From: Candidatus Falkowbacteria bacterium
GTDB lineage: Bacteria; Patescibacteriota; Patescibacteriia; Patescibacteriales; GWE2-39-37
Direction of reading: 5' to 3'
Assembly: GCA_013336275.1 (NCBI GenBank)
Contig: JAAXUA010000005.1
Span: forward strand, 13,863-77,862
DNA length: 64,000 bases
This document shows positions 15,897 to 27,237 of this stretch, in pieces. The translations under genes and the position numbers were made by a program. Numbering within the stretch: the first letter of the stretch is position 1; every line of letters begins with the position of its first letter. Under the pieces are notes generated by a model, which had not been told where the DNA came from, did not search any database, and was given only the letters and a program-made list of their open reading frames with translations.

Positions 15897-16937
15897 ATGA
15901 ATACAAAAAGACTAAATGAGATTTTGGCTGATCAGCCGAAATACCGCTGGCAGCAGGCTGAGCGGGCGATTTATGTCGATTTGGTGTCTGAGTGGTCCGA
16001 GGCTACGGTTCTGCCAGCGGCTTTGCGCCAGCAGTTGGCCGAGGAGTGTCCGCTTGCCATCGATGTGGAGGAGTCTGTTTCCGCTGACGGCAGCCAAAAG
16101 GCCCTAATCACATTGGAGGATGATTTGAAGATCGAGACCGTGCTCTTGAAGCACAAGGATGGCCGCCATACGGTCTGCGTCTCCTCGCAGGTCGGCTGCC
16201 CCTTGGGCTGCCTTTTCTGCGCGACCGGCCGCTTGGGTTATAAACGCAATCTGAGTGCTGAAGAGATCGTCGAACAGGTGCTATATTTCGCGCGCCAGCT
16301 CAAGAAGCAAGGCAAGCAGGTCACCAATGTGGTATTCATGGGGATGGGCGAGCCGCTTTTGAATTATGATAACGTCCTGTCGGCGATACGTACTTTGAAC
16401 CGTTTCGACGGCTTCAATCTTGGTGCCCGCCGCATGTCGATCTCGACGGCCGGCATTCCGAAGGGCATCCGGCAGCTTTCGCGCGAAGGTCTTGAAGTCA
16501 ATCTGGCCTTGTCGCTGCACGCGCCTAATAACGAGCTTCGGGGACAGATCATGCCGATCAGCAAAAACTATACCTTGACCCAGGTCATGACCGCCTTGGC
16601 CGAATACATCGAGGCGACCAATCGCCGCGTCATGTTCGAATACGTCATGATCAAGAATATCAATGACGCGCCAGAACACGCCAAGCAGCTGGTCAAACTG
16701 CTGTCCGGCTGGCTGGCCTTCGTCAACCTGATCAATTACAACGAAACCGAATTGTTCTACCCCTCGACCAAGGAACGTATCGATAAGTTCAAGAAGATAC
16801 TTGAAGACGGCCACATCACGGTGGTCCAAAGGCACGGCTTCGGCCAAGGCATCGATGCCGCCTGCGGACAATTGGCCGCTAAAAGGAAAGCGGCCAAGCC
16901 GCAAAAACGAAACAATACCGCCAAAGCCGGCCGCTAG
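15897..16937 (+). CDS. rlmN: 23S rRNA/tRNA adenine C2 methyltransferase (radical SAM)
   Basis: CVSSQVGCPLGCLFCATG, FMGMGEP, SLHAP, IDAACGQL. Confidence 0.95.
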   Translation: MNTKRLNEILADQPKYRWQQAERAIYVDLVSEWSEATVLPAALRQQLAEECPLAIDVEESVSADGSQKALITLEDDLKIETVLLKHKDGRHTVCVSSQVGCPLGCLFCATGRLGYKRNLSAEEIVEQVLYFARQLKKQGKQVTNVVFMGMGEPLLNYDNVLSAIRTLNRFDGFNLGARRMSISTAGIPKGIRQLSREGLEVNLALSLHAPNNELRGQIMPISKNYTLTQVMTALAEYIEATNRRVMFEYVMIKNINDAPEHAKQLVKLLSGWLAFVNLINYNETELFYPSTKERIDKFKKILEDGHITVVQRHGFGQGIDAACGQLAAKRKAAKPQKRNNTAKAGR

Positions 16938-17000
16938 CCGGCTTTGTTTTTTTTGCCGGTTTAGTGATATAATTCTTTTATCTAATAGTAAATAAAAAAA

Positions 17001-17942
17001 ATGAGTTTCAGTTTCTTTGTCATCATTTTGGGCTTGGTCGTCTTCGAAGTCATTTCCAGCATCGACAATGCCATCGTCAATGCCCACGTCCTGAAGACCT
17101 TGCCGGAAAAATATCGCAAGATTTTCCTTGTCTGGGGACTTTTGCTCGCCGTGTTTGTCGTACGCGGCGTCCTGCCATTCCTGATCGTCTGGATGGTCAA
17201 CCCGAGCCTGTCGGTTACCGAGGTCTTCGCCTTCGCCTTCTCCGGCGACCCGCAAATAACGGAGTATGTTGAAAAATCCAAGCCTATCCTGCTTTTGGGC
17301 GGCGGGGTCTATCTGTTTTTAGTCTTTTTGGCCTGGCTTTTCCTGGAAGAGAAGAAATACGCCTTTTTGGTCGAGCATTTCATTCATCGCCGCGGCGCTT
17401 GGTTCTATGCCATCTCCTCTATCGCCTTGACCACCATCACTTGGGTGGCCCTCAAGATCAATCCGATTCTGGCTTTATCCGCTTCGATAGGTGCAACAGC
17501 CTTCTTTATAACTGATGGATTCAAGAAGAATGCCGAAGAGCAGGAGAAGAAACTGCTTATAGATTCCAGCATGAGCGCCTGGTCGAAAATACTTTATTTG
17601 GAAGTTCTGGACGCCTCGTTCTCGATCGATGGCGTAGTCGGCGCTTTTGCCTTTACGGTTTCAGTGCCTTTGATACTGATCGGCAACGGCATTGGCGCAG
17701 TTATCGTCCGGGAATTCACCATCCGCGGCATCGATGTGATTTCCAAATTCGCCTACCTGAAGAACGGCGCCATGTATTCGATCGGTTTCTTGGGCGGCAT
17801 CATGATTTTGGAATCTTTGGGCAAGCATTTCCCGTTCTGGGTCGCGCCTCTGAACACTTTCCTCTTCCTGGGCCTATTTCTGTTCTTGTCCTATCGGGAA
17901 ATCCGGTTGGAAAAACTGGCTGAGCAAAAAGTTACAAACTAA
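17001..17942 (+). CDS. DUF475/TerC-family integral membrane protein
   Basis: EVISSIDNAIVNA and YLEVLDASFSIDGVVGAFA; multiple TM helices. Confidence 0.88.
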   Translation: MSFSFFVIILGLVVFEVISSIDNAIVNAHVLKTLPEKYRKIFLVWGLLLAVFVVRGVLPFLIVWMVNPSLSVTEVFAFAFSGDPQITEYVEKSKPILLLGGGVYLFLVFLAWLFLEEKKYAFLVEHFIHRRGAWFYAISSIALTTITWVALKINPILALSASIGATAFFITDGFKKNAEEQEKKLLIDSSMSAWSKILYLEVLDASFSIDGVVGAFAFTVSVPLILIGNGIGAVIVREFTIRGIDVISKFAYLKNGAMYSIGFLGGIMILESLGKHFPFWVAPLNTFLFLGLFLFLSYREIRLEKLAEQKVTN

Positions 17943-17953
17943 ATATAGTCATT

Positions 17954-19786
17954 ATGACTTCGATTTTTCAAGGAGAAAGGGCAATCATCCGCATCGTGCT
18001 GATGGCATCAATCATTTTGGCTGGTCTTGGCTGGCAAACCGCGGCACAGGCCCAGGTAGCTTCGACTACCGCCGCATCATCGACCTCGCCAGCCAATTTT
18101 GCGCAGGTAGAGTCCAAGGCCTACGCGGCCACGGTCAAGATCAAGGTTTTCAATCTTAACGAAGATTTCGCCATGACCGAAATCGGTTCCGGTTCCGGCT
18201 TTTTCATTAATTCGACCGGGCTGGTGCTGACCAACTATCATGTGGTCACAAATGAAGATGAGTCATCAGGCATCGACCTTTCGGATCAGCCATTGGGTTA
18301 TCAGGTCTGCGTCACCAAGCAGACCAACCTCGAGCCCGAGTGCAACTATACGGCATCGGTCGTGGCTAAGGATCGGGATCTTGATGTCGCTTTGCTGCAG
18401 GTGAAGCCTACTCCCAAAATGAGCGAAATCACCTCTTTCCCTTATCTTGAAATCAACTCCAGCGATCAGACTTCGATCAATGATACGGTTATCGCTGTCG
18501 GCTATCCCGGCATCGGCAGCGAAACCATTACTATCACCAAGGGCATCGTCTCCGGAAAGACCTCGAAATATGATCGCCAGTGGCTGAAGACTGACGCCAT
18601 GATTTCTTTCGGCAATTCCGGCGGCGCCGCCATCGATAGCGCTGGACGCGTAGTCGGTATCACGACTCAGACGTATTCTGATTTCGTCGGGAGCATCGGC
18701 TACATCATGAGTACCGCGTCGTTCTACGGCTGGCTGCAGTCTCATCAGAACGACAAGCCGAAAGACAATCCGTTGTCGCAACGGGCCGGCGATTTCGCCT
18801 GGAAGTCAAAAATACTCTTAAGCAGCAACAAATATATCAGCTTGGATCCGCCATTCGAATTCTCGAAGCCCAAGGACTGGAAGTTCTTCTATAATGGAGA
18901 AGATGATGTCATGGTGCGCAAAGAAAAGGACCAGGATGGCGGCGCGGTGCGCGTCGTCTGGACCAGGTTGCCGTTCGTCCCATCGATCGCCGATCTGAGC
19001 ATCATTGCCAAGCAGCGATTGGATACGGATTTGCTCGATGTCAATTCCATTAAGGAAGCCGACGTCAAACGGGGCAAAACAGTTATCGGCAGGAAGTTCA
19101 CAGTCAATAGCCGCAGCTACCAAGGCAATAGCACAAGCAATACCTATCTGTTCGCGGCCAGCAATTACGTCGTAACCGTCGATTATAATTATGGCAAGAA
19201 CAACAAGGACAAGGCGGTCGTCGATTCGATTATTAACTCGTTCAATCTGCGCGGCGGCGCCAAACCGTTCCGTCCGTTGGCCAGCTATGATCACCGTTTT
19301 GCCGGTGTGCCGCGCCTGATCATGAAGGCTGGCGGCGATTGGCAGCTTCACGTCCTGAATTCCAAAGATCAGCCAATCCAGTTCTTCAACAAGAAGAACA
19401 AGCTGTATTCCGGAGAAATCTCCTTGCGAAAAATCAATCCTGAAGAAGAAGATATTTCCTTGGCTGCCTTGACTGAGAATAGCAAGAAAGAATTGGAAGA
19501 TGTGGTGCAGATGCTCAAGGTCAGGAGCGACATCCAGCTTATCAGCGAGGTCAAGGGTAATTTCAAGTTCAGCAAGGGGCTTTCGGGCATGGTTCGCCGC
19601 AAGATGATCCTATATAATAAGAAGAGCAGTCTGAAATATTATGTCGGCACGGTCGAATATATCAAGCCTATCGGCAGCGAATACGTCATGACCGCCTCGC
19701 TTAATATCGTCGAGACCGACAAGAAGAAGATCGATAAGATGATCATCGATTTCGAGAAGATGCTCTCTGGCCTGGCAATAAAATAA
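17954..19786 (+). CDS. Secreted trypsin-like (S1C) serine protease with C-terminal extension
   Basis: Signal peptide; triad TNYHV, DVALL, FGNSGG. Confidence 0.88.
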   Translation: MTSIFQGERAIIRIVLMASIILAGLGWQTAAQAQVASTTAASSTSPANFAQVESKAYAATVKIKVFNLNEDFAMTEIGSGSGFFINSTGLVLTNYHVVTNEDESSGIDLSDQPLGYQVCVTKQTNLEPECNYTASVVAKDRDLDVALLQVKPTPKMSEITSFPYLEINSSDQTSINDTVIAVGYPGIGSETITITKGIVSGKTSKYDRQWLKTDAMISFGNSGGAAIDSAGRVVGITTQTYSDFVGSIGYIMSTASFYGWLQSHQNDKPKDNPLSQRAGDFAWKSKILLSSNKYISLDPPFEFSKPKDWKFFYNGEDDVMVRKEKDQDGGAVRVVWTRLPFVPSIADLSIIAKQRLDTDLLDVNSIKEADVKRGKTVIGRKFTVNSRSYQGNSTSNTYLFAASNYVVTVDYNYGKNNKDKAVVDSIINSFNLRGGAKPFRPLASYDHRFAGVPRLIMKAGGDWQLHVLNSKDQPIQFFNKKNKLYSGEISLRKINPEEEDISLAALTENSKKELEDVVQMLKVRSDIQLISEVKGNFKFSKGLSGMVRRKMILYNKKSSLKYYVGTVEYIKPIGSEYVMTASLNIVETDKKKIDKMIIDFEKMLSGLAIK

Positions 19787-19823
19787 TTTCTCATAAGGGG
19801 CGCGCAAGCGCCCCTTCCTGCAT

Positions 19824-20678
19824 ATGGCAAACAAACCAAACATCGGCGCTCATGTCTCCGCGGCAGGCGGCCTGTATAATGCCTTCATCAATGCTGAGAG
19901 GATCGGCGCCGAATGCGTCCAGATTTTTGGCGGCTCGCCCAAGATGTGGCGAGCCAAACAGCCCGATGAAGCAGTTTTGAAAAAATATTTCGAGGCCCAG
20001 AAGCTGTCGAAAGTCGGCAACGTCTATCTGCACGCCAGCTATCTCGTAAATCTGGGCAGTGATAAGGACGCCAACAGGGAGCAGTCGGTCATGAGCTTGA
20101 TTGACCACTTGGCGATTGCCGACAAACTCAAAGCGCGAGGCCTGATCTTCCATCTCGGCTCCAGCATGTCAGGCACCAAGGAAGAGGCGATGAAATTCAC
20201 TATCGCTGGGATGAAATCGGTTCTCAAGGCCGTACCGGGAGAGTCCTGGCTGATTATGGAGAATTCAGCCGGCGGCGGACACAAGCTCGGGCGCGAGTTC
20301 TCTGAAGTCGGTGATATAATCAAGGCTGTCGGTTCGCCGAGAGTGAAAGTCTGCCTGGACACGGCCCACATCTTCGAAGCAGGCGGCATCGACGAGTATT
20401 CTAAGCCCAAGGTCAAGAAGCTGTTCGATGACTTCGATGAGCATATCGGTTTGGATAATCTGGTCGCCCTGCACATCAATGATTCCAAGACGCCCTTCGA
20501 CTCGCACAATGACCGTCATGAAAACATCGGCGCTGGGCATATCGGCTTGGACGGCTTCAAGAATCTGGCTGCGGACAAACGTCTGCATGGCAAGGATTGG
20601 TTGTTGGAAGTTCCGGGCATGGACAATATGGGCCCGGATAAGGAGAATATGGAAATAATCAGGAAGCTCTTCAGATAA
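19824..20678 (+). CDS. nfo: Endonuclease IV
   Basis: IGAHVSAAGG, HASYLVNL, ENSAG, CLDTAH, HINDSK, DRHENIG. Confidence 0.95.
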   Translation: MANKPNIGAHVSAAGGLYNAFINAERIGAECVQIFGGSPKMWRAKQPDEAVLKKYFEAQKLSKVGNVYLHASYLVNLGSDKDANREQSVMSLIDHLAIADKLKARGLIFHLGSSMSGTKEEAMKFTIAGMKSVLKAVPGESWLIMENSAGGGHKLGREFSEVGDIIKAVGSPRVKVCLDTAHIFEAGGIDEYSKPKVKKLFDDFDEHIGLDNLVALHINDSKTPFDSHNDRHENIGAGHIGLDGFKNLAADKRLHGKDWLLEVPGMDNMGPDKENMEIIRKLFR

Positions 20679-20679
20679 G

Positions 20680-20718
20680 ATATCAAAAAGCCGCCCTTAG
20701 AGGGCGGCTTTTTGATAT
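20680..20718. terminator. Bidirectional terminator between nfo and the convergent DedA/PAP2 gene
   Basis: ATATCAAAAAGCCGCCCT-TAG-AGGGCGGCTTTTTGATAT. Confidence 0.88.
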
Positions 20719-20723
20719 CTTGG

Positions 20724-22862
20724 TTATTTTTGTTCGGGTAGAGTTTTGGCATCGTACTTCACGTAAATCAAGCGGCCATCAGTCTGGAATGTCTTGATCC
20801 GGCTCAGCACCGAGGGCTTGATCCACTCGATGGGTCGGATCTCGGCAACAGGAACAGCGTACTCAAGCTCGGCTCTTAGCCAGTCTCTGGCCGTGTCGAT
20901 GTCGGGTTCGATCTGCTTGCCGAAGAGCCAAAAGTGGCGGGCCGTATCCTGGCTGACAGCGCCGATGAAGACTCGCTGCCCATCGGCATCAGCGATGTTA
21001 GTCTGCCAGAGCCTTAGTTGGAGCCGGGATTGCCTTCTCTTGCCGTCCAAGGGTTTTTCATATGCGATCACATTCGGTTCGCCGCCCCAGAAGCTGGGAT
21101 TTATCGGCGCCTTGCTGTAGTTGATCCGGCGGACCCAGGAGCCGAGCGACTTTTTCAGGGATTTGATGCCTAATTCATCGGCTTTGTACCAGCCAAGGCT
21201 GGCGAAGCTGGAATCGATGGCGCTGGCTGCGGGCGCGATGATCAGGAAGTTCATCGGCTGCTCGATCGTTCCATCGATAGTTTCGCTGAAACGGGGGAAA
21301 GAAGCGTCGGACAACGTCTGGAAGACATCGGCGCTCTTGATCGGCGGCAGCTTTTCGATAGCGCTGAAATTTATGCCGTAAAGATAGGATATGGTGGCGA
21401 TGGTATAGCTGATGATGGCAAGTGAAGCAAGGAAGTAACCGAAGTGCCACATCGGCTTGGCCAGGGGCTTGAAGTATTCGGTCGGACCGGATCGCCGCAG
21501 ATGCCATTCCGCTAAACCGATGCCGACCAGGAGCCACAGCAAGCCCAGAACGAAACCGCCAAGGACGTCGCTCAAGTAATGGACTCCCAGGAATAACCGG
21601 CTGAAGCCGATCAAGAATATCAGGATAAGCCAGCCGAAAGTCAGGTTAACGCGGCGTGACCAGGTCGACCGTCGCCAGGCCCAATACAGCAGGTAGCCGT
21701 AAAATGAGACCGACAGGGCGGCGTGGGCACTGGGGAAAGAGAAGCTGGCTTCTTCATAGACGCCGCCCAGGGGACGTGGGCGTTCAATGGTGATCTTGAT
21801 GATGAAAGAGAACAGTGCAGCGCCGCCGACCGACACCCAGAGTCCGGATAAGAAGCGTTTCTGGTTCAAACGCCACAGGAAAAGCGTCAAAAGCAAAGCG
21901 AAGATTATGATGATGCTGAACTTGGCTAAGACCGTTATGACCAGGAACGTCTCGACCAGGACAGGATGGCGGAAAGCGATCAGCATCGTCTCGAGCCATT
22001 GGTCGATGCGCGTGATCGGGTCAGAGTAGATGACATCTTCGACTAGGCCGCCCAAAAGCAGGGCGGTGTAGCCGCCGATCAGGGCCAGGATGGTCAAGGG
22101 AAACCCGGTGAATCTCTGTCGGGTGAGGCGGCGATGCAGGAAGCTGATGAGCTGGGGGTGTGATATCAAGAATTTTTCCAGACGAGGCCGATGCTGCAAA
22201 CGGTGGTAACGCGACTTGAGCAGGTCGTTAAAGGCCAGCCAGAATTGCTCGCCCTTCCTGATGAAGAGCCACTTGATCAGGTAGAACAGTCCGAAAAGAA
22301 TGGCCGCCACCAGAGTGAAGACTTCAAGACGGTTGAGCCAAATCTTAACCAACCCCAAGGCTTGGCCGAAAAAATAGCCGACCATGATATGGATTATGGT
22401 CCAAGAGATCGCGCTGAGAGCGTCTAGCACAAGAAAGCGTCGGAACGACATTTTGCCTAGGCCGGCGATAAAAGCGGTCATCGGACGGAGGAAGCCGATG
22501 AAGCGTCCGAAAAAGACGCTTTTGTTGCCGTGCTTGTCGAAGAAGGCTTGGCCTTTCTCGAGGTGGGCCTCTTTGAGCAAGCGATTCTCGTCGCTGAACA
22601 TGCCGCCGCCGCGCTGGCCGAGATAATAGCTCAAGCAGTCTCCCAGAACGAAGCCTATGGTCGCGAAGGCGATGATGTCGCCTAAGTGGAAGACGCCTTG
22701 GGCGGTCAAGGCTCCGATCAGGATGGCAACGACCGCACCAGGGATTATCAGCCCGATGAAGACGATCGATTCGGCGAAAAAAATCAGACCGACGATCCAG
22801 TAGCTAAGGTCGCCGATATTCTGTATGAATGAAGAGAATGAGTTGATTAGGTTTTCGATCAT
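20724..22862 (-). CDS. DedA/VTT - PAP2 phosphatase - LssY C-terminal fusion membrane protein
   Basis: ESIVFIGLIIPG and GRFIGFLR (DedA); K...RPRP, SFPSAH, SRLFLGVHYLSDV (PAP2); PMNF...W..AD and IEPDIDTARD (LssY_C-like); start approximate. Confidence 0.85.
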   Translation of the reverse strand: MIENLINSFSSFIQNIGDLSYWIVGLIFFAESIVFIGLIIPGAVVAILIGALTAQGVFHLGDIIAFATIGFVLGDCLSYYLGQRGGGMFSDENRLLKEAHLEKGQAFFDKHGNKSVFFGRFIGFLRPMTAFIAGLGKMSFRRFLVLDALSAISWTIIHIMVGYFFGQALGLVKIWLNRLEVFTLVAAILFGLFYLIKWLFIRKGEQFWLAFNDLLKSRYHRLQHRPRLEKFLISHPQLISFLHRRLTRQRFTGFPLTILALIGGYTALLLGGLVEDVIYSDPITRIDQWLETMLIAFRHPVLVETFLVITVLAKFSIIIIFALLLTLFLWRLNQKRFLSGLWVSVGGAALFSFIIKITIERPRPLGGVYEEASFSFPSAHAALSVSFYGYLLYWAWRRSTWSRRVNLTFGWLILIFLIGFSRLFLGVHYLSDVLGGFVLGLLWLLVGIGLAEWHLRRSGPTEYFKPLAKPMWHFGYFLASLAIISYTIATISYLYGINFSAIEKLPPIKSADVFQTLSDASFPRFSETIDGTIEQPMNFLIIAPAASAIDSSFASLGWYKADELGIKSLKKSLGSWVRRINYSKAPINPSFWGGEPNVIAYEKPLDGKRRQSRLQLRLWQTNIADADGQRVFIGAVSQDTARHFWLFGKQIEPDIDTARDWLRAELEYAVPVAEIRPIEWIKPSVLSRIKTFQTDGRLIYVKYDAKTLPEQK

Positions 22863-22988
22863 AATACCATCCATTATACTGCTAATCGGGGGAATAAAAA
22901 AGCCGAAGGTTTTTCGCGTAGCCGGCAATTCATGACCTTCGACCATAAAAAAACCACCCCAACGGGTGGGGCGGTTCGGTAAAACAAT

Positions 22989-23168
22989 CTATTTTGCAGT
23001 GATTTTTGCCAGGGTCCTGATGCAGCTGGTGCAGATTTTCAGCTTTTCGCCGGCAATCTTTTTGCTTTGCAGGTTGATGTGCTGGCGCTTGATTGTCTTG
23101 ATGTTCGAGTGGGATCGGGAAGCGTCCTTGGTAGCGCCGCGTCCGCATGCATCACAACGTTTTGCCAT
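22989..23168 (-). CDS. rpmB: 50S ribosomal protein bL28 (59 aa)
   Basis: Not in the ORF track; MAKRCDACGRG...SRSHSNIKTIKRQHINLQ...KICTSCIRT. Confidence 0.93.
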   Translation of the reverse strand: MAKRCDACGRGATKDASRSHSNIKTIKRQHINLQSKKIAGEKLKICTSCIRTLAKITAK

Positions 23169-23289
23169 ACTATTTCCTATCTAAAGATTATATTAAACAA
23201 TACACCCTATAATATCACAATCATTTGCTTTTGGCAAGGGTAGTTGGTAGAATGAAAGTCTGGATAATTTTTTTGATTAAACCATAATT

Positions 23290-23976
23290 ATGATAATCAC
23301 CCTATTTTTTATAGTCGCCTTGATATTTTCGGCCATCGTCCATGAGTATGCTCATGGCTGGGTGGCTCTGAAATTGGGCGATCATACAGCCGAAGACGCT
23401 GGCCGTCTAACTTTGAACCCGATACCGCATCTTGACCCTGTCGGATCTATTTTATTGCCAATGTTACTTCTTTTAAGTAAAACGGGGTTCTTTATCGCTT
23501 GGGCAAAGCCTGTTCCTTACAACCCCAATAACCTGCGCGACCAGAAATATGGCGACTTGAAGGTGGCCCTAGGTGGTCCGGGCAGCAATCTGGCCTTGGC
23601 CCTGTTTTTCGGCCTTTTGTCTAGGTTTTTGCCTCTGGCACAGCAATTGAAGCTAACTTTAGCCTCTGGAGTCTTGATGAGCGATGGCGATGCGGTATTA
23701 GGCTTGATGCAAGGACAGCCATTGGCCGCCATGTTCGTCATGTCGATCATCCTTTGTTTCGTTAATTTGGCATTGATGATATTCAATTTGATTCCGCTGC
23801 CCCCGCTGGACGGTTCAAAGGTAATCTTGCCTTTCCTGTCTTATCGCAATCAGATGCGCTACCATCAGTTAAGCGCATACGGGTTCCTTATTATATTAGT
23901 CCTTGCTTATCTCGGGGTATTCAGTCTGCTGACAATCCCTTTGACCTTGATTTTTTCCCTTATAACCGGGCTTTAG
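23290..23976 (+). CDS. Site-2 protease (M50 family)
   Basis: HEYAH and FNLIPLPPLDG. Confidence 0.93.
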   Translation: MIITLFFIVALIFSAIVHEYAHGWVALKLGDHTAEDAGRLTLNPIPHLDPVGSILLPMLLLLSKTGFFIAWAKPVPYNPNNLRDQKYGDLKVALGGPGSNLALALFFGLLSRFLPLAQQLKLTLASGVLMSDGDAVLGLMQGQPLAAMFVMSIILCFVNLALMIFNLIPLPPLDGSKVILPFLSYRNQMRYHQLSAYGFLIILVLAYLGVFSLLTIPLTLIFSLITGL

Positions 23977-24179
23977 CGCCCATTTCGGCTGTTGACACAG
24001 CCTCTTAAAACTGCTACATTATTTAAGCAATAAAAATGCCCCAATTCTTTGGGGGATTTTAGTTTTTCGGAAAGTTGAGTCGTGCTGCACTCGACTGACC
24101 GACCTGACTCATCATCAATCCTGTGGCTAGGCTTGCGGGATGAGCGCTTTTGAAGCTAATATTAGAAATTTTTGTATTT

Positions 24180-24608
24180 ATGCCAACAATCAACCAATTA
24201 GTTCGCAAAGGGCGTATCAAGACCAAGACCAAGAGTAAGAGTCCAGCCCTGCAGTCCACTTTGGACACTCTGCACCGCAAGCGCACCATTCTGCCTGCCG
24301 GTGCCGCTTTCAAGCGCGGTGTTTGCTTGAAGGTTACCACTACCACTCCGAAAAAGCCTAACTCGGCTTTGCGTAAGATCGCTCGTGTCCGCCTGTCTAA
24401 CGGCATGGAAGTCACCTGCTATATTCCCGGCATGGGCCACAACTTGCAGGAGCATTCGGTCGTTCTGATCAAGGGCGGCAAGACCAAGGATCTGCCAGGC
24501 GTCCGCTACAAGATCGTGCGCGGCGTTTATGATACCCAGGGTGTTGCCAACCGCAGACAGTCCCGCTCCAGCTACGGCGCTAAGAAACCTAAGGCGGCCG
24601 CTAAATAA
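24180..24608 (+). CDS. rpsL: 30S ribosomal protein uS12
   Basis: [17 protein letters not shown]; start corrected to 24180. Confidence 0.98.
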   Translation: MPTINQLVRKGRIKTKTKSKSPALQSTLDTLHRKRTILPAGAAFKRGVCLKVTTTTPKKPNSALRKIARVRLSNGMEVTCYIPGMGHNLQEHSVVLIKGGKTKDLPGVRYKIVRGVYDTQGVANRRQSRSSYGAKKPKAAAK

Positions 24609-24628
24609 TCGCAAGTAATTAGAAATAT

Positions 24629-25096
24629 ATGAGAGGAAAACCAGCACCAAAACGCAAGATCGAAGGCGACATCCGCTATAACGATATCGACATCGCCAAG
24701 TTCATCAACTATATCATGAAGGATGGCAAGAAGACCGTTGCCCAGAAAGTCGTTTACTCCGCTTTTGATATCATCAAGGACAAGACCAACCAGGATCCGC
24801 GCCATGTCTTCAACAAAGCATTGAAGAATGTCGCACCTTTGCTCGAAGTCCGCGGCAAGCGCGTCGGCGGCGCCAACTATCAGGTTCCGCACCAGGTCCG
24901 TGGCGAACGTCGTTTCGTCTTAGCCTATCGTTGGATCATCGCTGCCGCCGCTGCACGCACCGGCAAGCCTATGGGTGAGAAATTGGCCGAAGAGCTGATG
25001 GCCGCCTTCCGCAACGAAGGCACTGCTATCAAGAAGCGCGACGATGTCCACCGCCAGGCCGAATCCAACAAGGCCTTCGCCCATTTTGCGCGCTAA
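24629..25096 (+). CDS. rpsG: 30S ribosomal protein uS7
   Basis: RVGGANYQVP, AESNKAFAHF. Confidence 0.98.
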   Translation: MRGKPAPKRKIEGDIRYNDIDIAKFINYIMKDGKKTVAQKVVYSAFDIIKDKTNQDPRHVFNKALKNVAPLLEVRGKRVGGANYQVPHQVRGERRFVLAYRWIIAAAAARTGKPMGEKLAEELMAAFRNEGTAIKKRDDVHRQAESNKAFAHFAR

Positions 25097-25132
25097 GACT
25101 CGAATTTTCACATTTAATCTTGAACTTATATT

Positions 25133-27211
25133 ATGCCCCGAGAATATTCACTCGAAAAGACCCGCAATATCGGCATTATCGCCCATATCGATGCCGGCAA
25201 GACGACCGTGACTGAACGCATCCTGTTCTTTACCGGCAAGAAGCACAAGATCGGCGAAGTGCATGAGGGAGCGGCCACCATGGACTGGATGGAACAGGAG
25301 CAAGAACGCGGAATCACCATTACTTCCGCCGCTACGACTTGTTTTTGGAACAACCATCGCATCAATATTATCGACACCCCGGGCCACGTGGACTTTACCG
25401 TTGAGGTAGAGCGCTCTTTGCGTGTCCTTGACGGCGGCGTCATGGTTTTCGACGGCGTTGCCGGCGTTGAGCCGCAATCCGAGACCGTCTGGCACCAGGC
25501 TGAGAAGTACAAGGTACCGCGCATCGCCTTCATCAACAAGATGGATCGTACCGGCGCCGATTTCTATAAGGATTTGGAGTCTATCCATACCCGCCTGACC
25601 AAGAACGCTTTTCCGATCCAGCTGCCAATCGGCGCTGAAGCGGATTTTTTAGGTATTATCGATCTGTTTGAACGCGAAGCTCACTTCTATCTCGACGAAC
25701 TCGGTACCAAGCACGAAGTCCGTGATATTCCTGAAGACATGAAGGAGAAGGTCGAGACTTTCCGCGCTCAGCTGGTTGAAGCGATCGTCGAGAATAACGA
25801 GACGCTGATGGAGAAATATCTGGCTGGCGAAGAGATCGAAGTGGCAGTCTTGAAAGCTGAATTGCGTAAGGCAGTCATCGCCAACAAGCTGCTGCCAGTG
25901 CTTTGCGGCTCAGCTTTGAAGAATAAGGGCGTCCAGTTCTTGCTCGATTCGATCGTTGAGTTATTGCCTAACCCGTTAGACATCCCGCCAATGATCGCTA
26001 CCGATCCTGAAGACGAAACCAAACAGATTACCGTACGCATTGCTGATGATGAGAATTTTTCAGCGTTGGCCTTTAAGATAGCTACCGATCCTTTTGTCGG
26101 CAAACTGTGCTTCATCCGCGTTTATTCAGGCGTCTTGACATCCGGTTCATATGTTTTGAACGTCTCCTCTGGCGAACGCGAGCGCATCGGCCGCATCGTC
26201 CGCATGCATGCCAATAGCCGTGAAGAGGTCAAAGAGGTTTACTCGGGTGAAATCGCCGCTGTTATCGGCTTGAAGGGAACTACTACCGGCAACACTTTGT
26301 GCGACCCTGAACATCCGGTCTTGCTCGAATCAATCACCTTTCCCGAGCCGGTTATCCAGATCGCAGTCGAGCCGAAGACCAAAGTCGACCAGGAAAAGAT
26401 GGGTATCGCTTTGTCCAAATTGGCCGAAGAAGATCCGACTTTCCGCGTCACTTCGAACGAAGAGACTAATCAGACTTTGATCGCCGGCATGGGTGAGCTG
26501 CACTTGGACATCATTATCGATCGTATGAGGCGCGAGTTCAACGTCGAAGCCAATATCGGCCAACCGCAGGTTGCCTATCGCGAAACCATCAAGACCAAGG
26601 CCGAGGCTGAAGGCAAATATGTCAAGCAGTCCGGCGGTCGCGGCCAATACGGCCATTGCTGGCTCCGCATCGAGCCGAATGAGCAGGGCAAGGGTTATGA
26701 ATTCAATGATGAGACTAAGGGCGGTTCGATTCCGCGTGAATATATCGCTCCGATCGGCAAGGGCGTCAAAGAAGCTCTGGGCCGCGGCGTTCTGGCCGGC
26801 TATCCGATGGTCGACATCAAAGCTACCGTTTTTGACGGTTCATACCACGAAGTCGACTCTAACGAAGCTGCCTTTAAGATCGCCGGTTCCATGGCATTCC
26901 AAGAGGCGGCCCGCAAGGCCAAGCCTGTCATCCTTGAGCCGATGATGAAAGTCGATGTCGTTACCCCGGAACAGTTCATGGGCGACGTGATCGGCGATCT
27001 GAACTCTAAGCGCGGCCAGATCGAAGAGATGGCTGACCAGGGTCAGGCCAAGGTGATTCACGCCAAGGTGCCTTTGGCCAACATGTTCGGCTATTCCACC
27101 AGCTTGCGCTCAATGACCCAAGGAAGAGCCAGCTATTCCATGGAATTCGCCTATTACACCGAGGTACCGAACAATGTCGCTGAGGAAATCATCGGCAAGA
27201 ACAAGAAATAG
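25133..27211 (+). CDS. fusA: Elongation factor G
   Basis: [26 protein letters not shown]. Confidence 0.99.
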   Translation: MPREYSLEKTRNIGIIAHIDAGKTTVTERILFFTGKKHKIGEVHEGAATMDWMEQEQERGITITSAATTCFWNNHRINIIDTPGHVDFTVEVERSLRVLDGGVMVFDGVAGVEPQSETVWHQAEKYKVPRIAFINKMDRTGADFYKDLESIHTRLTKNAFPIQLPIGAEADFLGIIDLFEREAHFYLDELGTKHEVRDIPEDMKEKVETFRAQLVEAIVENNETLMEKYLAGEEIEVAVLKAELRKAVIANKLLPVLCGSALKNKGVQFLLDSIVELLPNPLDIPPMIATDPEDETKQITVRIADDENFSALAFKIATDPFVGKLCFIRVYSGVLTSGSYVLNVSSGERERIGRIVRMHANSREEVKEVYSGEIAAVIGLKGTTTGNTLCDPEHPVLLESITFPEPVIQIAVEPKTKVDQEKMGIALSKLAEEDPTFRVTSNEETNQTLIAGMGELHLDIIIDRMRREFNVEANIGQPQVAYRETIKTKAEAEGKYVKQSGGRGQYGHCWLRIEPNEQGKGYEFNDETKGGSIPREYIAPIGKGVKEALGRGVLAGYPMVDIKATVFDGSYHEVDSNEAAFKIAGSMAFQEAARKAKPVILEPMMKVDVVTPEQFMGDVIGDLNSKRGQIEEMADQGQAKVIHAKVPLANMFGYSTSLRSMTQGRASYSMEFAYYTEVPNNVAEEIIGKNKK

Positions 27212-27237
27212 CCTTAACTATTAATCACATAGCCCGT

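Noticed and set aside
15752..15919. 55-aa basic uORF overlapping the rlmN start
   Set aside because: No RBS, motif or attenuator structure; it cannot be supported without homology or expression data.
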